A stretch of 61,684 nucleotides of DNA, counting the filler, from Choristocarpus tenellus KU-1152 (Eukaryota > Protista > Phaeophyceae): the NCBI GenBank assembly GCA_964200185.2. It is 12 parts of 12 records of this genome, joined end to end, with 100 filler letters (N's around TTAATTAATTAA, not from the genome) between each part and the next. Parts side by side here need not be neighbours in the genome. Positions count along the whole stretch, not along the records: positions 1 to 12,668 come from CAXNAD020001746.1; positions 12,769 to 18,325 come from CAXNAD020010434.1; 10 more parts are not named here. One strand, given 5' to 3'. The position numbers were made by a program, and so were the translations under genes. Below, piece after piece: positions 1 through 12,920 of the stretch (the first letter of the stretch is position 1; every line of letters starts with the position of its first letter). The notes below the pieces were generated by a model. It saw only the letters and a program-made list of their open reading frames with translations. It searched no databases and was not told the DNA's origin.

Positions 1-265
1 CCCCCTGAAAATTGATCTCGTTTGGTTCAGTGATTCCCTCCCTACTTGCCCTCATCGTCCTTGTCCCTACATACAGTTCTACCAACCCATTGAGCTGAGG
101 TCAAGGTTTATGTTGGTATAGTGCATATCCATTTGACCTGAATTTTTCTTGTGACCATGAGTCAATGTTGCTGTTATTTATCTCACCCCTGACCTTAGAC
201 CCTCTCGCGTCTGCTACACAAATGAACATCAAGGTTGGTTGTGTAGAGCCTTTTTTTTGCTTCAG

Positions 266-3200
266 AACGCTGGAGAAGGGTTCTCTCACGCTTTCTACAC
301 AACCCTCTTGCAGGTCCAAGTGCTGAAAAGTGCTAAGCAGGTAGCAAAAATTAAATTTAAATGGCGCAAGAAAGGAGATACTAGCAAGACGCCTCTTCAC
401 TACGCCTTCCCACACCATCAGGTACGAGGGTGTATTGGAGACAGTGTGACCATGAGCATGTGAAGGCCTCAAGTTGTGAATGCTTAACTTACTTGCATGG
501 TTGTGTCAAGCGATGCTTTGGTCTGAAGAGAAACAGAAAAAATCACTCGAGTTGTGAATTCAACACAATTGTAAGTGGAAGCTAAACTGGAGCCAAAGTA
601 TATTAGAGCGTAGAGCTGCGTCCATTTGGGGGTCAAAATCCAATGTTGCGATTTTGATTTAACTTTGGCTATTGTTTTTGTTAGGAAGTGTCAATATCCT
701 TGTTCTGCTCACACCTTTTCATAACGCATGCATTTTACCTAATCCGAAAAAAATTGGAGTAGAAAAATGTCAGAAACATGGACAGTCAAGACCCAAACGG
801 ACAAACAGGGCAAAGCTCGTACCCTCTAAGATACTTCCACTCTAATTCCTAAGTGTAATGCTAAAATAGTGGAGAAACGGAAAATTGTGACTTCATACCA
901 AAGAATGACACCTTGTGAAGTGAAACTCTCTGGCAACTGCTTGTCACCGTGCATCCCCTTTTTTGGAGCACCGCTCAAATTGCTTGAGGCTGACATTGTG
1001 CCAGCAGAGACGGCTCATCTCCTTTTCCATGCCCTGTAAACCTGGGGTTCACACTTTTTTTTCTTCATACAGTTCAACTGTACAAGTTCCCAACACAATA
1101 TAGGTTATGAGCAGGCTCCTCAGCTGCCTCACTTCTTTGATGATCGAATATCCAAATAGGCTCCCACCAATAGATAACAATATTTTCACAGAAGAACGAA
1201 AATACTTGTAGTTTATCTATATGTATGCTGCAGAGCGCATATAGGATATCTTAAATGTTTGGTAGACAGAGAAGCCCTGCTCATCGAGTGGAGGGAGGTT
1301 TTACATGTCATGAAGGATATGATTTTTAAAAAGAGACAATGTTAACAAGGTCTCTCTTATGTTTTTGTTTGTGAATTCGTTTTAGTCACTATAGAGGATT
1401 CACACGGAGATATTGCATTTCTCGTTCATCTCTCTCCCCACGCTTGATCAAGGATTGAACACAGATCTTGTCTCGATGTGCACATGTCTCTCTCACCTGT
1501 TGGAATATTTCATGTGTTGCACAGGACATGCTGCCAACTTCAAAGAGGACAGGGATTTTCCTATCAAGTCCCACCAAGGGCAAGATGGAGCTAATCAAAG
1601 CTTCTAAGTGGGTTATGTTCGAAGAGAATCTTCCCCCTATCGATTGGCTACCCAGCTCCAGTGGTCTCACAAGCCTGCAACGGTAACTTTAAACTTGTTT
1701 CTGAGTGGGAAGTGAACAGGGGAAGTTTTGAGTGTGTCTGCCATACGAAAAAAGCACTGAAGTAAACCTCTTCTTGGCAATGTGAACATCTCATGCAAAA
1801 AGTCGATCCACATATCCCAATACACCAATTCGTTTCACCTCCCAGGGAATGGATAGAGTACTTCTTGACTCAAGAGATTACAGAAACGTTGGACAATTTT
1901 GCAGGGGAGTCCATCTACTTTGGGGGAAAACACCTTATGGCCTACGCACAACTATGTCTGGTGGCTGAAGAGCTCTCCATGTAAGAACCTTGAATGGAAA
2001 AACTGTATGCCACCATTTCTATGTTGGTTGCTTTTTAACAATTGCAAACTCGTTTTTCGGGTGTAGTGTTATGTTTGAGAAAGAACAGCAGAGCTGAAAT
2101 CTAATGTATAAGGCATCTGTCTTTGCCTCTTAGATTCTGTGGATAAAGTTAGTAATGTCAGTTGCTTTCCCAAACTCTACTGAGCATCAGTACTCGTTCA
2201 TCCTTAGAGTAATGTTCAAGTATCTCAACAAGGAACATTTCATTTTGATGAGACCAATTGAAGTCTCACTCTCATTGATTTTTTCCTTGTCATTACGCAT
2301 TAAATGAGACCAAAAGAGCAGAACTCCGTAATTCAGTTCAAACCAGAGATAAATGGTGCAACACCATGCTTGATTCTATCCAAACGGGTTCTCAACTCAT
2401 TCTCCGTACACTTACCATTAGTCCATTCAACACTACACTACCCACTATTCACCAGTCTCCAGTCTTGTGACCTTCCAACTTCTATCTCTCCCTTGTGTGT
2501 GATCTGAATATTGAGAAGGAATGACTTGGTGGAGATTTGTGTTGACCAAGTGGAGGCCGCCTTCTCACAGTACATTTCGGGAAACAACGGCAATCCCCTT
2601 GTATATGATGAGGTGAGTACGATAATGTATGCTGTCCTTGTGTTTGTGCTGCTCTGTGGAAAAATCGAAATTTTGTCATCAACTTGCGCTTGTGGGTACT
2701 GCAGGGGGGCAAAAAAATTGTGTGGCGATTTTCCAAGCATGAAACACACATGAATTTTTTGCAACTCTACTCCAAAAAAAACATTTTTGAGGGGGCGGGA
2801 TCTGGTGAATACTACAAACGAGGGGGGATTCGATCTTGCCGTTGATAACAATGTTCACAAAGTGAGTCAAAATATCCGAGAGGGGTTGTCAAAAAATGTT
2901 CAAAGCGGATGAAGGCATTTGAACAAAGAGCCTCATTAAGGATAATTTGCTTGTGCGAACTGATTGTATTCACAATACAGCCAAAATACACTCGAGAGGT
3001 GTGGTCCTTGTGCTCCAAAAACATCTACCACCAGAAAATGAAATATATGCGCTTATAACTCGACTGCATCCTCTTCCTTCTTAAATAGTATGAGAAAGTT
3101 AATTGACCCACAACACTGGACCTGCCACAGTCAGACATCTACAGTAGTACAGCCCATATAAATATATATGCAATAAGAAAGGTGAGATTTGGATTACTGG

Positions 3201-6200
3201 GTCTGGGTGAATCTGATTTTCTCTCTGATCATGGAGATCACGGTAAAGTATCTTCAAAGGTTTTCTGTACTGCTGTCTCAGTACACTTGAATAGTATGAA
3301 CCAGCCACTCCTGGATATAACGTTCTCCCCAGACACCTCCATACTGCCACCTATTTGACTTAAAGCCTTCAGTAGGTTTGACGTTCGTCCTTAACTCGTA
3401 ACAGGTCTGGGGAGGCTTGATTGGCAGTGATGGACTGGAGGAAGGTGCTGAAGGTTCTGACTTCTTCAGCGTCTACTATAATGATCATGTGAGCCAAGGA
3501 CATCAAGTTGGACCTGCCATTTCTTACCAATCCAAATGTTTTTCACATAAACTCCACATTGGAGGTCCACAGGTTCAACAGTCTAGGTGTAGGTCTCTGA
3601 ACCCACACCTGTACCCCTGAGACCTTCCCTCAACCGAGACCCATTATTTTACCTTGAGATTCGACCTCAGATTAGTAGTGTGAGAACTGTTGAATTCTGT
3701 GTGATCTGTGATATGGTGCTTGGTGTGTCTGAAAGTTTGGTCATTTTTTTTACAATTTCCCCTTGCCACATTGGTTGGTGGTAAGTTGTGAGGGTCCTAC
3801 CATCATCATATGCCACAGAACCTGAGCGACCAGTGTGAAGTATAGCTGAGAGTGGGGTACCATAGGTGATTTGTAATTGGAGTGATAGGCATGGTGGTTG
3901 TTTGCTAAAAGACTGGATCACCAAAATAACTAGGGACATGTTGGGAAATATTAACATGTAACATGGGCGTCCTCGGACGCAGACCAGGTATACCTTTCAA
4001 TGCAGCCCCGGACTCTCAAACAGTGGAACCTGTGAGATACCTTACACTACCTGACTGTTATGTTTTGACCCTTCTCCCCTTTCCCATCCTTTAGGCAAAC
4101 ACGTCAATAAATTAGATAGGCCTAAAAGAGAGTATATGATATTGCCACACCTCATTGAATTTTTGTCTCTTCTTAAAATTTCTTCACCTACTAACATATT
4201 TGGTGTGCTCCCTCTTCAAAATTCTGATTATTTTGTCATTCTCTAGGCAATCTGCTTGAGCACTCAATCTGCAAGAGGGCAGAAAAAAAATCTTATAAAT
4301 TTCTCTGCTGTGTCCTTGCTGGTCAGAGTTCCCTTTTCAACCCTCTATGATATGGATTCGGGTATGTCTCCTTTTTGTTGGGTAGTATTTTGTATTGAGT
4401 AGTGGCATTATTGAACTGTTTTCTCCTACTGATCAATGGGTTCATGGTATAGGGTTTGAGAAGGTATAGAAGAGGTGCAGAGGTACCCAGCGCTAAGTGT
4501 GCAGTTCGATAGTATTGCTGACTTTTGCAAGGCAAGGAATACTTCTGAAAAGAGGGCTCACCCTTGAGGAATAAAGTTTTGATGACCAATATTAACTCAA
4601 CGGAATGCAGCACCAAGCATTCGATGTTGTAAGGTTCCGGCCACTGTCCATGCGATTGGAGTGAGAAAACAAGTTTCCAATCGCATACGTTTCTCCATCC
4701 ATCAATTCTTCTCCGTTCTCACAACATCTGAATGGCAGCACTTTCATTATGGTTACCTGATCAACGCTGCAGCTGTATTGGCCAAACTTCGTCCAGCATG
4801 GGCTACAACATCAAACCAAGAATGGGTTTATACCCTGATCCGTGACGTGAACACGCCTTCTTTGGTGAGTAAGTAGCAGGGATAAGAAGTGGAGGTTCGG
4901 TACAAGGTAAATCTGTGCACCATAGTGTTGAAATGAGCTCTCGATGAATCCTGATATTCTGTACAATACCTCAATTCAAGGCGTTTTTTCAATCTGCTTG
5001 TCCATTAAGTTGTAATATTTAATTTACTGAGCAAGGATACTGACGTAGTGATAGAGTGTCACTAGAAGATGGACCAGTGCTGTAATGATCTAGAAGCAAT
5101 AGCCCTCTATCGCACTGACACTCCTCACTCTGCACTATATTCTCATGCACCTCTGTGGTACCCCCTTCTATCTCAGGTTGACCCTCACTTCCCCATGTTC
5201 CGGAGTTTCGACTGGTTTAGTGGACACAGCTGGGCCAGAGGACTCCTCTTCTCTTTTGATGGAAAAGACCAGGTTGTGTGATGTGTTTTCTGGTCGTTTC
5301 TGATTGAACCTTTGTTCATGCCCTCCCTACTTGCCCCATCGTCCTTGGCCCTACATACAGTAGCATGACTTCCAAAGATTATCCCCATTCCACTATCCAT
5401 TTCACACATGCCTTTCCCTCAAACTGCAAACACTGCAAATTCTCAGTTTATTATCACCAGAGAAGAAAAACGATATTGATGAACTCTTGTGCTATCTTTT
5501 CCGTAAAAGGAACAAAGGGACTCTAACGACATTGCAAAACTCGCTGCAAAATCGGCCACTTCAACTAATTGCCAAAGTAAGCACTTCACTACTAAACCCA
5601 ACAATATAGAGAAAATGTAGTATTATATCCCAACTGATGAAGCAGGTTCCCCCCTCCTCTATTCACTTCTCCCCATTCAACACCTCACTCGCTAGCAGCG
5701 TCAACAAGTGCCGACAGCATGCGTGGCACCTAGTCCAAAAATGGAAAAACCATACTCCCCCCCCTCCCCCACTCCCACTTCATCCGTTGAAGTATAAAGT
5801 GCAGTACATTTACAAGTGCTTTTCGTGGTCATGATGGTATAGGGGTGGAAAATGGACCAGTTGTGCAGACCATCTATGCATACTTACCTGCTTACCCCAC
5901 CTCCTGCTCTGTATCGAACACGCCCGTCTACCCATACATTCTGACCTCCTGGGTGCTCTAAGGAATCCACATCTGAGGATGTAAACTTCTACTATGCAAT
6001 GGCCCTCTGGGGACGGGCTGTCGGCAACAAAAACCTTGACTTTCTAGGCAGGGTGCAGGCAGGAGTTACCATGCGTTCCATCCAACGGTACTTCCTAATG
6101 CTTGACGGCAGTGATGTGCATCCTGAGTCCTTTATTCCAAACAAGGTTGGTATCCAGCAATTTGCTATGACTGCATGGGCTGAATTGATTTTATCCGCTA

Positions 6201-7150
6201 GAAACCTGTCGGCAAACTTGCTGAGGTTGTTGAACGCCACATTTCTTCCACCGACATTCCCAATGGTGTTTTTAGCAGGGTAGTAGGTTTTGCGATTTAT
6301 TTCCTAAAAAAAGAGAACACTTCAAGTAGCCACCATAGTTACAAAACATCCAAGGAGTGGCAAAGGACTTGTCATTGTAATTCAAAAACTTCTTCGATCC
6401 GATGAAGAATGATTTACCCCTTACCTTAAAAACAAAGGCCGGTGCCTGAATCTGATTGTTTGTTCCCTTGTTTGCATAGACATACCGACTTCGTATTTTT
6501 GGTTTGATAGCTTTTACTGAGACTTCCTAGATAGCCTTTCACAGTAAAACCTGGTGTTAGTGGAGGGAGGCAGGTTCAATATCAGGGTGATGCCCATCTA
6601 ACTCCCACAGTGAATGTGCAGAGGAAGAATCAACCACTGACTTGTCATCCCTTATTCCTTGCCTACAAAGGTGACAGGAGTTTTCTTTGAGAACAAGGTC
6701 GACTACACCACATGGTTTGGAGACAATACAGAGTACATTCATGGAATCCAGGCAAGATAGGGTAGGAGGCAATTTTTGCACCTTGTCGAGCAAAATATAT
6801 TAATGTCAAAATTTCGTATAGTAACATGCTTTGTGGACAATGCCGTGATTTCATTATAAGTCATGCAATACCATAGTATTGTAGGTGAAGAGTGCTTGCT
6901 CAATTCAGACACAGCTTTGAATACCTGTGAAGTGTAGCTAGTGTGGTGTTCAGGCTATCCATGTCCATAGTACTCAGCAAGTGAAATATAAGCAGCGACT
7001 GCTCAAAGTATCTGGGAGGGGTGGCAGCAGTTGTCCCTTTGGGGCCCATCTTTCCATGTTGCAATTTTGGGTGTTTTTGGTTGCATGCGTCGGATGGATA
7101 ATGTAAGTGCACTTCTCCTGGTCAGGGCATGAATGGACAACCTGGGGTAG

Positions 7151-7207
<57 letters not shown>

Positions 7208-10200
7208 ACGCAGCGCGGCAGCGCGAATGGTAGATGTAGATATATTTATATTATTTATTTTTTTNNNNNNNNNNTGGTGTGGGGCGGGTGGAAAATGTAA
7301 TGGTCCTTCCCCTGGGCGGGGCAAAAAGGGACACCCGGGGGGGGCCCCCCCCCCCCCCCCCCCCCTCCCGCCAGATACTTAGAAGCTAGTGGAAGTGTGC
7401 AAAGATTTTTATGATTGTATTATATATATATATTTGTTTTCACATCAATGCTGTGTTACGTAGTTGCTCAAATGCCCACATACACTGAAAACCTCACCAA
7501 GTTCTCCTGTAATGTACTTGAGCCGAGATGGTCATATGACTGTAAGCCACTGGAGAGTTCCGCATAAGGCAGCTTCTAAAAAGGCCATCAAACTACAACA
7601 TTATAGCTATAACCTCCCCCACACTCTTCAAATGCAGAACATCCCAGTGACGGCAATGACAGAGTACGTTCGTACGTCTCAATTTGTTAGTGAAGAGTGG
7701 AATGGCATCCTTGCAGAAGTGTTGCCATCGGTGGAGGGGGTGTGGGCTACGATCCTGCTCATGAGCTATGCAACCATTCAGCGCAACAATGCATTCAAAC
7801 AGCTCTTGTGAGTAGAGTCAGGACGGTTGGGGTGGAAGAGGTGTTGTTGTCTTGGCATTTCTTGATTTTACCTTGATTGAAAGGGACAGGCGGTAAATCA
7901 GGACAAACTCCAAACCTGGCAATGATGTATGGACTACACGTATTCATCAATTGATGGCATAGTTGCTGTTGCAGATAGCACGTCTGACCCCAGGTTGGAC
8001 TGTTACACGGATATTACACAAGAATGAGTAGTAGTAATGGTGGTATCAGTAACAGTGAGAGTAGTGGTAGTACTCTCTAGTAGCACTTTGGTGGTGAAGA
8101 GAGTTACCAATAATCCCTCACCCTTCTCTTTGCCAGCATGCACTCCATAATAGAGTTTTCAATCAGCAATATGGCATAGCAAGGAAAGAAACTGCCACCG
8201 GTACGGGTGGGATTAACTGGAGTATTCACGGTTGCTGTGTAATGTCATGTTACTCTGCCGAGTGCCAATTTCTAGGTGGGCAAACAGCAGGAAAATTCCG
8301 GATTAATCCATGGTCCACCCTGAGAGTGGCTGCTATTTAGAACATTACTGTGTTCAAAATAGAGTAACTTGGATGAGTATCTCACAAAAGCAAAGCAATA
8401 CCAAGGGGCTTCGTTCCTAGTAGAGTCAACAGTAGAAAAGCGCAACAGGTTTCCTCTACTTTCACAAGAGTGCTTCAATCTTCAGGTAGTATAAACACTA
8501 CGTCTTGTAGTTGGTGGGTTGACGCTCCCATACTATGGAAGGGAAGTGCATGGTGAGGTATGTTGAAATTCTGTGATCAGTAGCATGTAGTAAGGTTATT
8601 CTCCAACCAGAATACTTGATGTTCTTGTCTTGTCTAATGCCCTCTCCTTCTCAGATCACTGTTGATAGTATTGGGTGGGTTTTGGTTTAGCGGACTGTGT
8701 GGTATAACTTCAAAAATTACTGCTGTTATGGTACATGTGAGGTTGATTAAATATACCATGGGCGGTCAAGGCCATAATATCATACTGCTACCCCAACATC
8801 CGTTTCTTACATACTAGACATCGCTAATTCTGGCATTTGTCAGTAGCCCGCCCAAGAAACAGCCCTGCAAAAATCATCAATAGTATGTAGTCACCATGCT
8901 AGGCATGTGCACCTCACAACATTCCCTCACTTACTCTCACCGCCCCGTCCCCTTTCCCTCTTGCCCTGTTTCTTTCAATGTTTATGCACCCTACCTCCTC
9001 ACACTACAGATCCTCCTCTGTGGATGATGGTCTTCTCCGTGCCTGGGCGCTCTACTGGGCCGGAACTCGTCCCAATTGCGAGGACTACTGCATCCACGAC
9101 GAGGTGTTCCTTAAATGGTTATCACAGTGCTGGTCTGAGCCAGCAGCAATGAGTTTAGAACAGATGGGAGGGGAAGGGAGAAGATTTCTATGCTTGTTTT
9201 GTTGGCTAATATAGTTTGTACGCGCCCTGTATGTGAGTAGGGACACTTTTTTTATTATCACTGCACCCTTTTTATTTTCTTGTAGTGTGTACAGTACACA
9301 GCCTACATACCAGAGAAATGGTTCGATACATATATATATATATATGTATAGCTTTATATGCCGCGCCTACCAACTTTAATGGTCTCTTGGCCTTCATCGT
9401 TAATATCTTTGGGTTTTTGCTCCTAATTGTCCCTTGCCCTGACTCTCTTCTTCCCTGTTCGCCGCACTATCTTTTCTTGGTTTTTCTTTTGCCTTTGTGC
9501 CTACAGCTTCCATTGTGGTGGTGCTCCAGTGAAAGTATCTTTAGAGGATGCGAGTTTTGCCCTTTTTCTCACGGGGGGGTTTAAAACGACATTTTTCTAT
9601 TATGTTTCGGAGACGGTAAAATGTGTACATTTTCAAGTATGTGTCAAATGTATGTTCGGAATGAGGATACCCAAAATTACATCGAAATCGCAACATTGGA
9701 TTTTGGCCCCCCAAATGAACACGGCTCTATCCCCCTGAGATACTTCGACTCTGCTCCTCCTCGACCCTCAACTCCCCATCTACTCCTACATGTTCTTCTG
9801 CTACATACATCTTTTTCTTATTCCTTTTTTGCAACTAGTAATGCGGTCCATACAACCCTTTGAAGACATCATTCCTCAACCCCCTCCGTGGTGATATAGT
9901 ACAGGCACCCCTGTACTCGCAATTTAAGGTGCCTTGGGTTGAAGAGTTATGGCACAGGCCCGGTCAGAAGAGATGGAGTATGACCTGCTGTGACTCTCAA
10001 GCCCTTGTCCCTTGTCATTACTATTTATCTTACCGCTTTTAACCCTGTTTCCCCCCCGCTTGCCTTCGCCACAGTTCCACTCACCCCTGTTTGTACAACC
10101 TCCTCATCAAAACTTGTTATTATTTTTCTCCTGACTCTCTCAGCTCCTTCAGTCAACCTTTGTGCAATCCCTATCCACTAGTCTATCTAGATGCTATAAA

Positions 10201-12442
10201 TAGATGTCAAAACATTACTTTTGTCAGTGCTACACTCAAACGGTAATGGCCCTTGATTCCTCCCATCTTGCCATAGGTGACTCTCCCAGCAGTTCCACCT
10301 ATCCCAACAAACCCGACTCCTGCGCCAACTATGAATTCAGACCCAACTGCCTACAAGGACATTGTCCTGCCAAGCACAATAGAGGCAGAGGACTTCGACA
10401 ATGGGGGACAGGGGAATGGATACAATGATATCAACGCACAAAATATTGGGCAGGTGTGATGGGAAAAGAAGAAGTGAAACGATTTGATGAAATTTGCTTC
10501 AGGTGCTTCAACAGCAGTGGCAAGTACCACGTATGTGCATAGCTTAAAGTACAAGGCTTTGCTGACTGAACATGATACATAATGCCACAGCAAGCATTGT
10601 TTGCAAAGATCCAAGTTCCGTACTACCATAGGATATTTCACAGGGATGTGTAAATAGAACACATTACAATGTCAGTACCATATTCTACAGGAGAAGAGAA
10701 GTTTTTACATCCTCATCTTATATCACTCCCCCCCCCGCCCCTCCTCCTCCTTGGAATATTCCTTTGGGAATTTGAAAGGCTTACCGTCCTGCTTCAGGAG
10801 TGGATATTGAGGCCAACAACAACGGCTTCAATGTGGGCTGGATTGAGGCAGGGGAATGGTTGCAGTACACAGTGGCAGTGGGCATTGAGGGTAGGACATG
10901 GATAAATACTCTGTGAACTCGATTCCCATAGAATGACTTGTTCTGACAGGAAAATACATGTTTTTCTCTTGCCTAGATTCAAGTCAAGTGTTGTCATAAT
11001 TCATTGCAAAATATGGAAGGATGATTATATGAGGTGCTCCTTAGGGTTTCTCAGCTTAAACAAGAAAAAAAAGTGAGAAAGCGAGTGTTGCACTGAAGTT
11101 CTATCCCTAACCCTATAATGCTGTATTTCCACGGAATCACCAAAAAAGAAAAAGGCGTAGATAAGAGATTCTCCTCTGCTTCTGCGATATGGCTTCAATC
11201 ATCTACTCCTGTGACTATAGCAAATACAGTTGATGATGTTTGGTGAGGGGGAAAGGTAATTTTTGGTACGATTTAGTTACTCTTACGACCTTCTATCCTA
11301 AGAAAACATCTTTACCTTAGTGGATAAAGTACTAGGTAGTAACTCATGCTACGGGAGCAAAAAAAATAACTTCGTGCCGTTGATGTATGTCCTCGCTTTT
11401 GCTCCTGTCTTATAATCCTCATGAGCTGATTTTTTTTCTGAACATAATCGTGTATGCTATGAGTGATGGTCCTGCAGGGAACAAATCGCCTCTCACCCCT
11501 CCTCTCCCGCATCTCCGTCCACTACAGGTGATTATAGTGTGGACTTTGTTGTTGCTGGGCCTGCCTTTGACATACCAGGATCATTTAAAATGGTGTCCGG
11601 AGGAGATGGGTGTGATTTAGGGACCTATGACACGGACCTCACCGGAGAGGTGCAAGTGCTGCCTACAGGGGGTTGGTCTAATTTTGAAGACTTAACAATG
11701 TGAGAAGCCTCTTTTGGTGTGTTCTAGATAGCCATATTGAAACCCTTGGGAAGATAAGAAAACGGGTTTTGAACACCGGCTTTGATGGTTGGTCCAATCA
11801 AGTTGGCTTAGAGATGGAGTTTTTATCGCTTCGATTGTAGGCAGCAGGAGCACAAAACAAGAATGAAGTAGGAAAATGGTCTAACCTGACTCTATATGTA
11901 TGGTAAAGCGCTAGGGAGCAATGGAGTGTACGTGAGGAGGATTGTGAGCTAATTCTGTTGGTTTTGGTATATTGACCTTTCGTGGTTACACCATTTGAAA
12001 CGAATCAAGAGTTTTCCCTTCTTTTTCACAGAAGCATACTGCTGCCAAAGAATTTGCTATAAACAGCATTCAGATTGAGTGCGAGAACCCACTATCCCAG
12101 CTCCATTGATATACTGCTCTCGTTAAGTGTTTATGGCCATGCCAACTGCCAGTCACAACCTTCTCTTGCCTCATCCCATTCTGTAATCACTGCCATTGTT
12201 CATGCATTCTTTGAACATAGGTTGTAAACTTTCAAATAGCATTGAGGAAGTAGATTACTAACACTCAAACTAACCTCCACTGCTCGCTTTCTTAAGCACT
12301 AACAACATCCATCAACCGTTTAAAACATCTGACTTCCAAAAAATGAAGAACTGGGGTTTCCCTGGAAGAGGGGCTGTTGGTTCTCAGACTCTGTATGGTG
12401 ACACCAGGGTTCAACATTGATGCAATGTCCTTCTATCTTTGA
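266..12442 (+). CDS. GH81 endo-1,3-beta-glucanase (laminarinase) with C-terminal CBM6; 5'-truncated. Exons: 266(or 314)-421, 1525-1682, 1846-1980, 2519-2612, 3405-3488, 4739-4864, 5177-5272, 5963-6145, 6671-6751, 7638-7807, 9010-9103, 10277-10453, 10779-10890, 11528-11699, 12349-12442
   Basis: Hand-spliced exons join in consistent phase. They give the GH81 motifs YFGGKHL, YYNDH|[26 protein letters not shown]|ESTSEDVN (catalytic ExxxE) and [23 protein letters not shown] Pro/Thr linker follows, then the CBM6 motifs [31 protein letters not shown] and GFNIDAM. Stop TGA at 12440-12442. Confidence 0.93.
590..842 (+). mobile_element. MITE family B, full copy (~250 bp) in a GH81 intron
   Basis: Ends GAGCCAAAGTAT(A)TTAGAG ... 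CCCTCTAAGATACTTCCACTC form imperfect terminal inverted repeats. The body is colinear with the copies at 19307, 38312 and 39173. Confidence 0.8.
7000..7386 (+). mobile_element. MITE family A, both ends present, with internal poly-C tract and a 10-N gap, in a GH81 intron
   Basis: Left end (t)GCTCAAAGTATCTGGGAGGGG, right end CCCGCCAGATACTTAG. The body matches 45461-45610 and the reverse complement of 12769-12920. Confidence 0.8.
9527..9751 (-). mobile_element. MITE family B copy (reverse orientation)
   Basis: Runs from CAGTGAAAGTATCTTTAGAGG to CTGAGATACTTCGACTC and is flanked on both sides by TGCTC, a possible target-site duplication. Confidence 0.7.
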
Positions 12443-12668
12443 TGAGGTGATGTAACTATTTTCTTTTATTTAGCTGCGGAAATCTGAAGCAAGGCTTGAA
12501 TGAAGACATCAAATTCGTCTTTGAGCAGAGGCCTCATTTGAGGTTGCCGCCTATTCTCACATGTTGACATGACTCCCTCTTCTCCTCCTCGACCTTCTCC
12601 CCTCCCCCCACTCCAGTCCCCCTGTCCTTGATGGGTGACCCCTGTTTTTTCATTGTTTAGGTGGAAGG

Positions 12669-12768
12669 NNNNNNNNNNNNNNNNNNNNNNNNNNNNNNNN
12701 NNNNNNNNNNNNTTAATTAATTAANNNNNNNNNNNNNNNNNNNNNNNNNNNNNNNNNNNNNNNNNNNN
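12669..12768. other. Artificial contig linker N44-TTAATTAATTAA-N44. Also at ~18326, 25665, 29803, 35856, 38792, 42681, 45651, 49290, 53781 and 58562
   Basis: Identical 100-nt spacer with stops in all six frames, present 11 times. Confidence 0.98.
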
Positions 12769-12920
12769 GGTCTACACCAGGGTGTCCATTCGGGCCCTGA
12801 CCAGAAGAAGCGCACTTACATCATCCATCCGATGCATGCAACCAAATTCACCAAGAAATCGCGGCATGAAAAAATGGGCCCCAAATGGACAATGCCACCC
12901 CCTTCCAGATACTTTGAGCC
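12769..12920 (-). mobile_element. MITE family A, partial copy at contig start
   Basis: Reverse complement of the 7000-7150 and 45461-45610 body. It ends CCAGATACTTTGAGCC and is followed by TTAA. Confidence 0.85.

Noticed and set aside
6974-7382. Poly-Pro and poly-Gly ORFs (also 30086-30474)
   Set aside because: These are translations of poly-C tracts in introns or MITEs.
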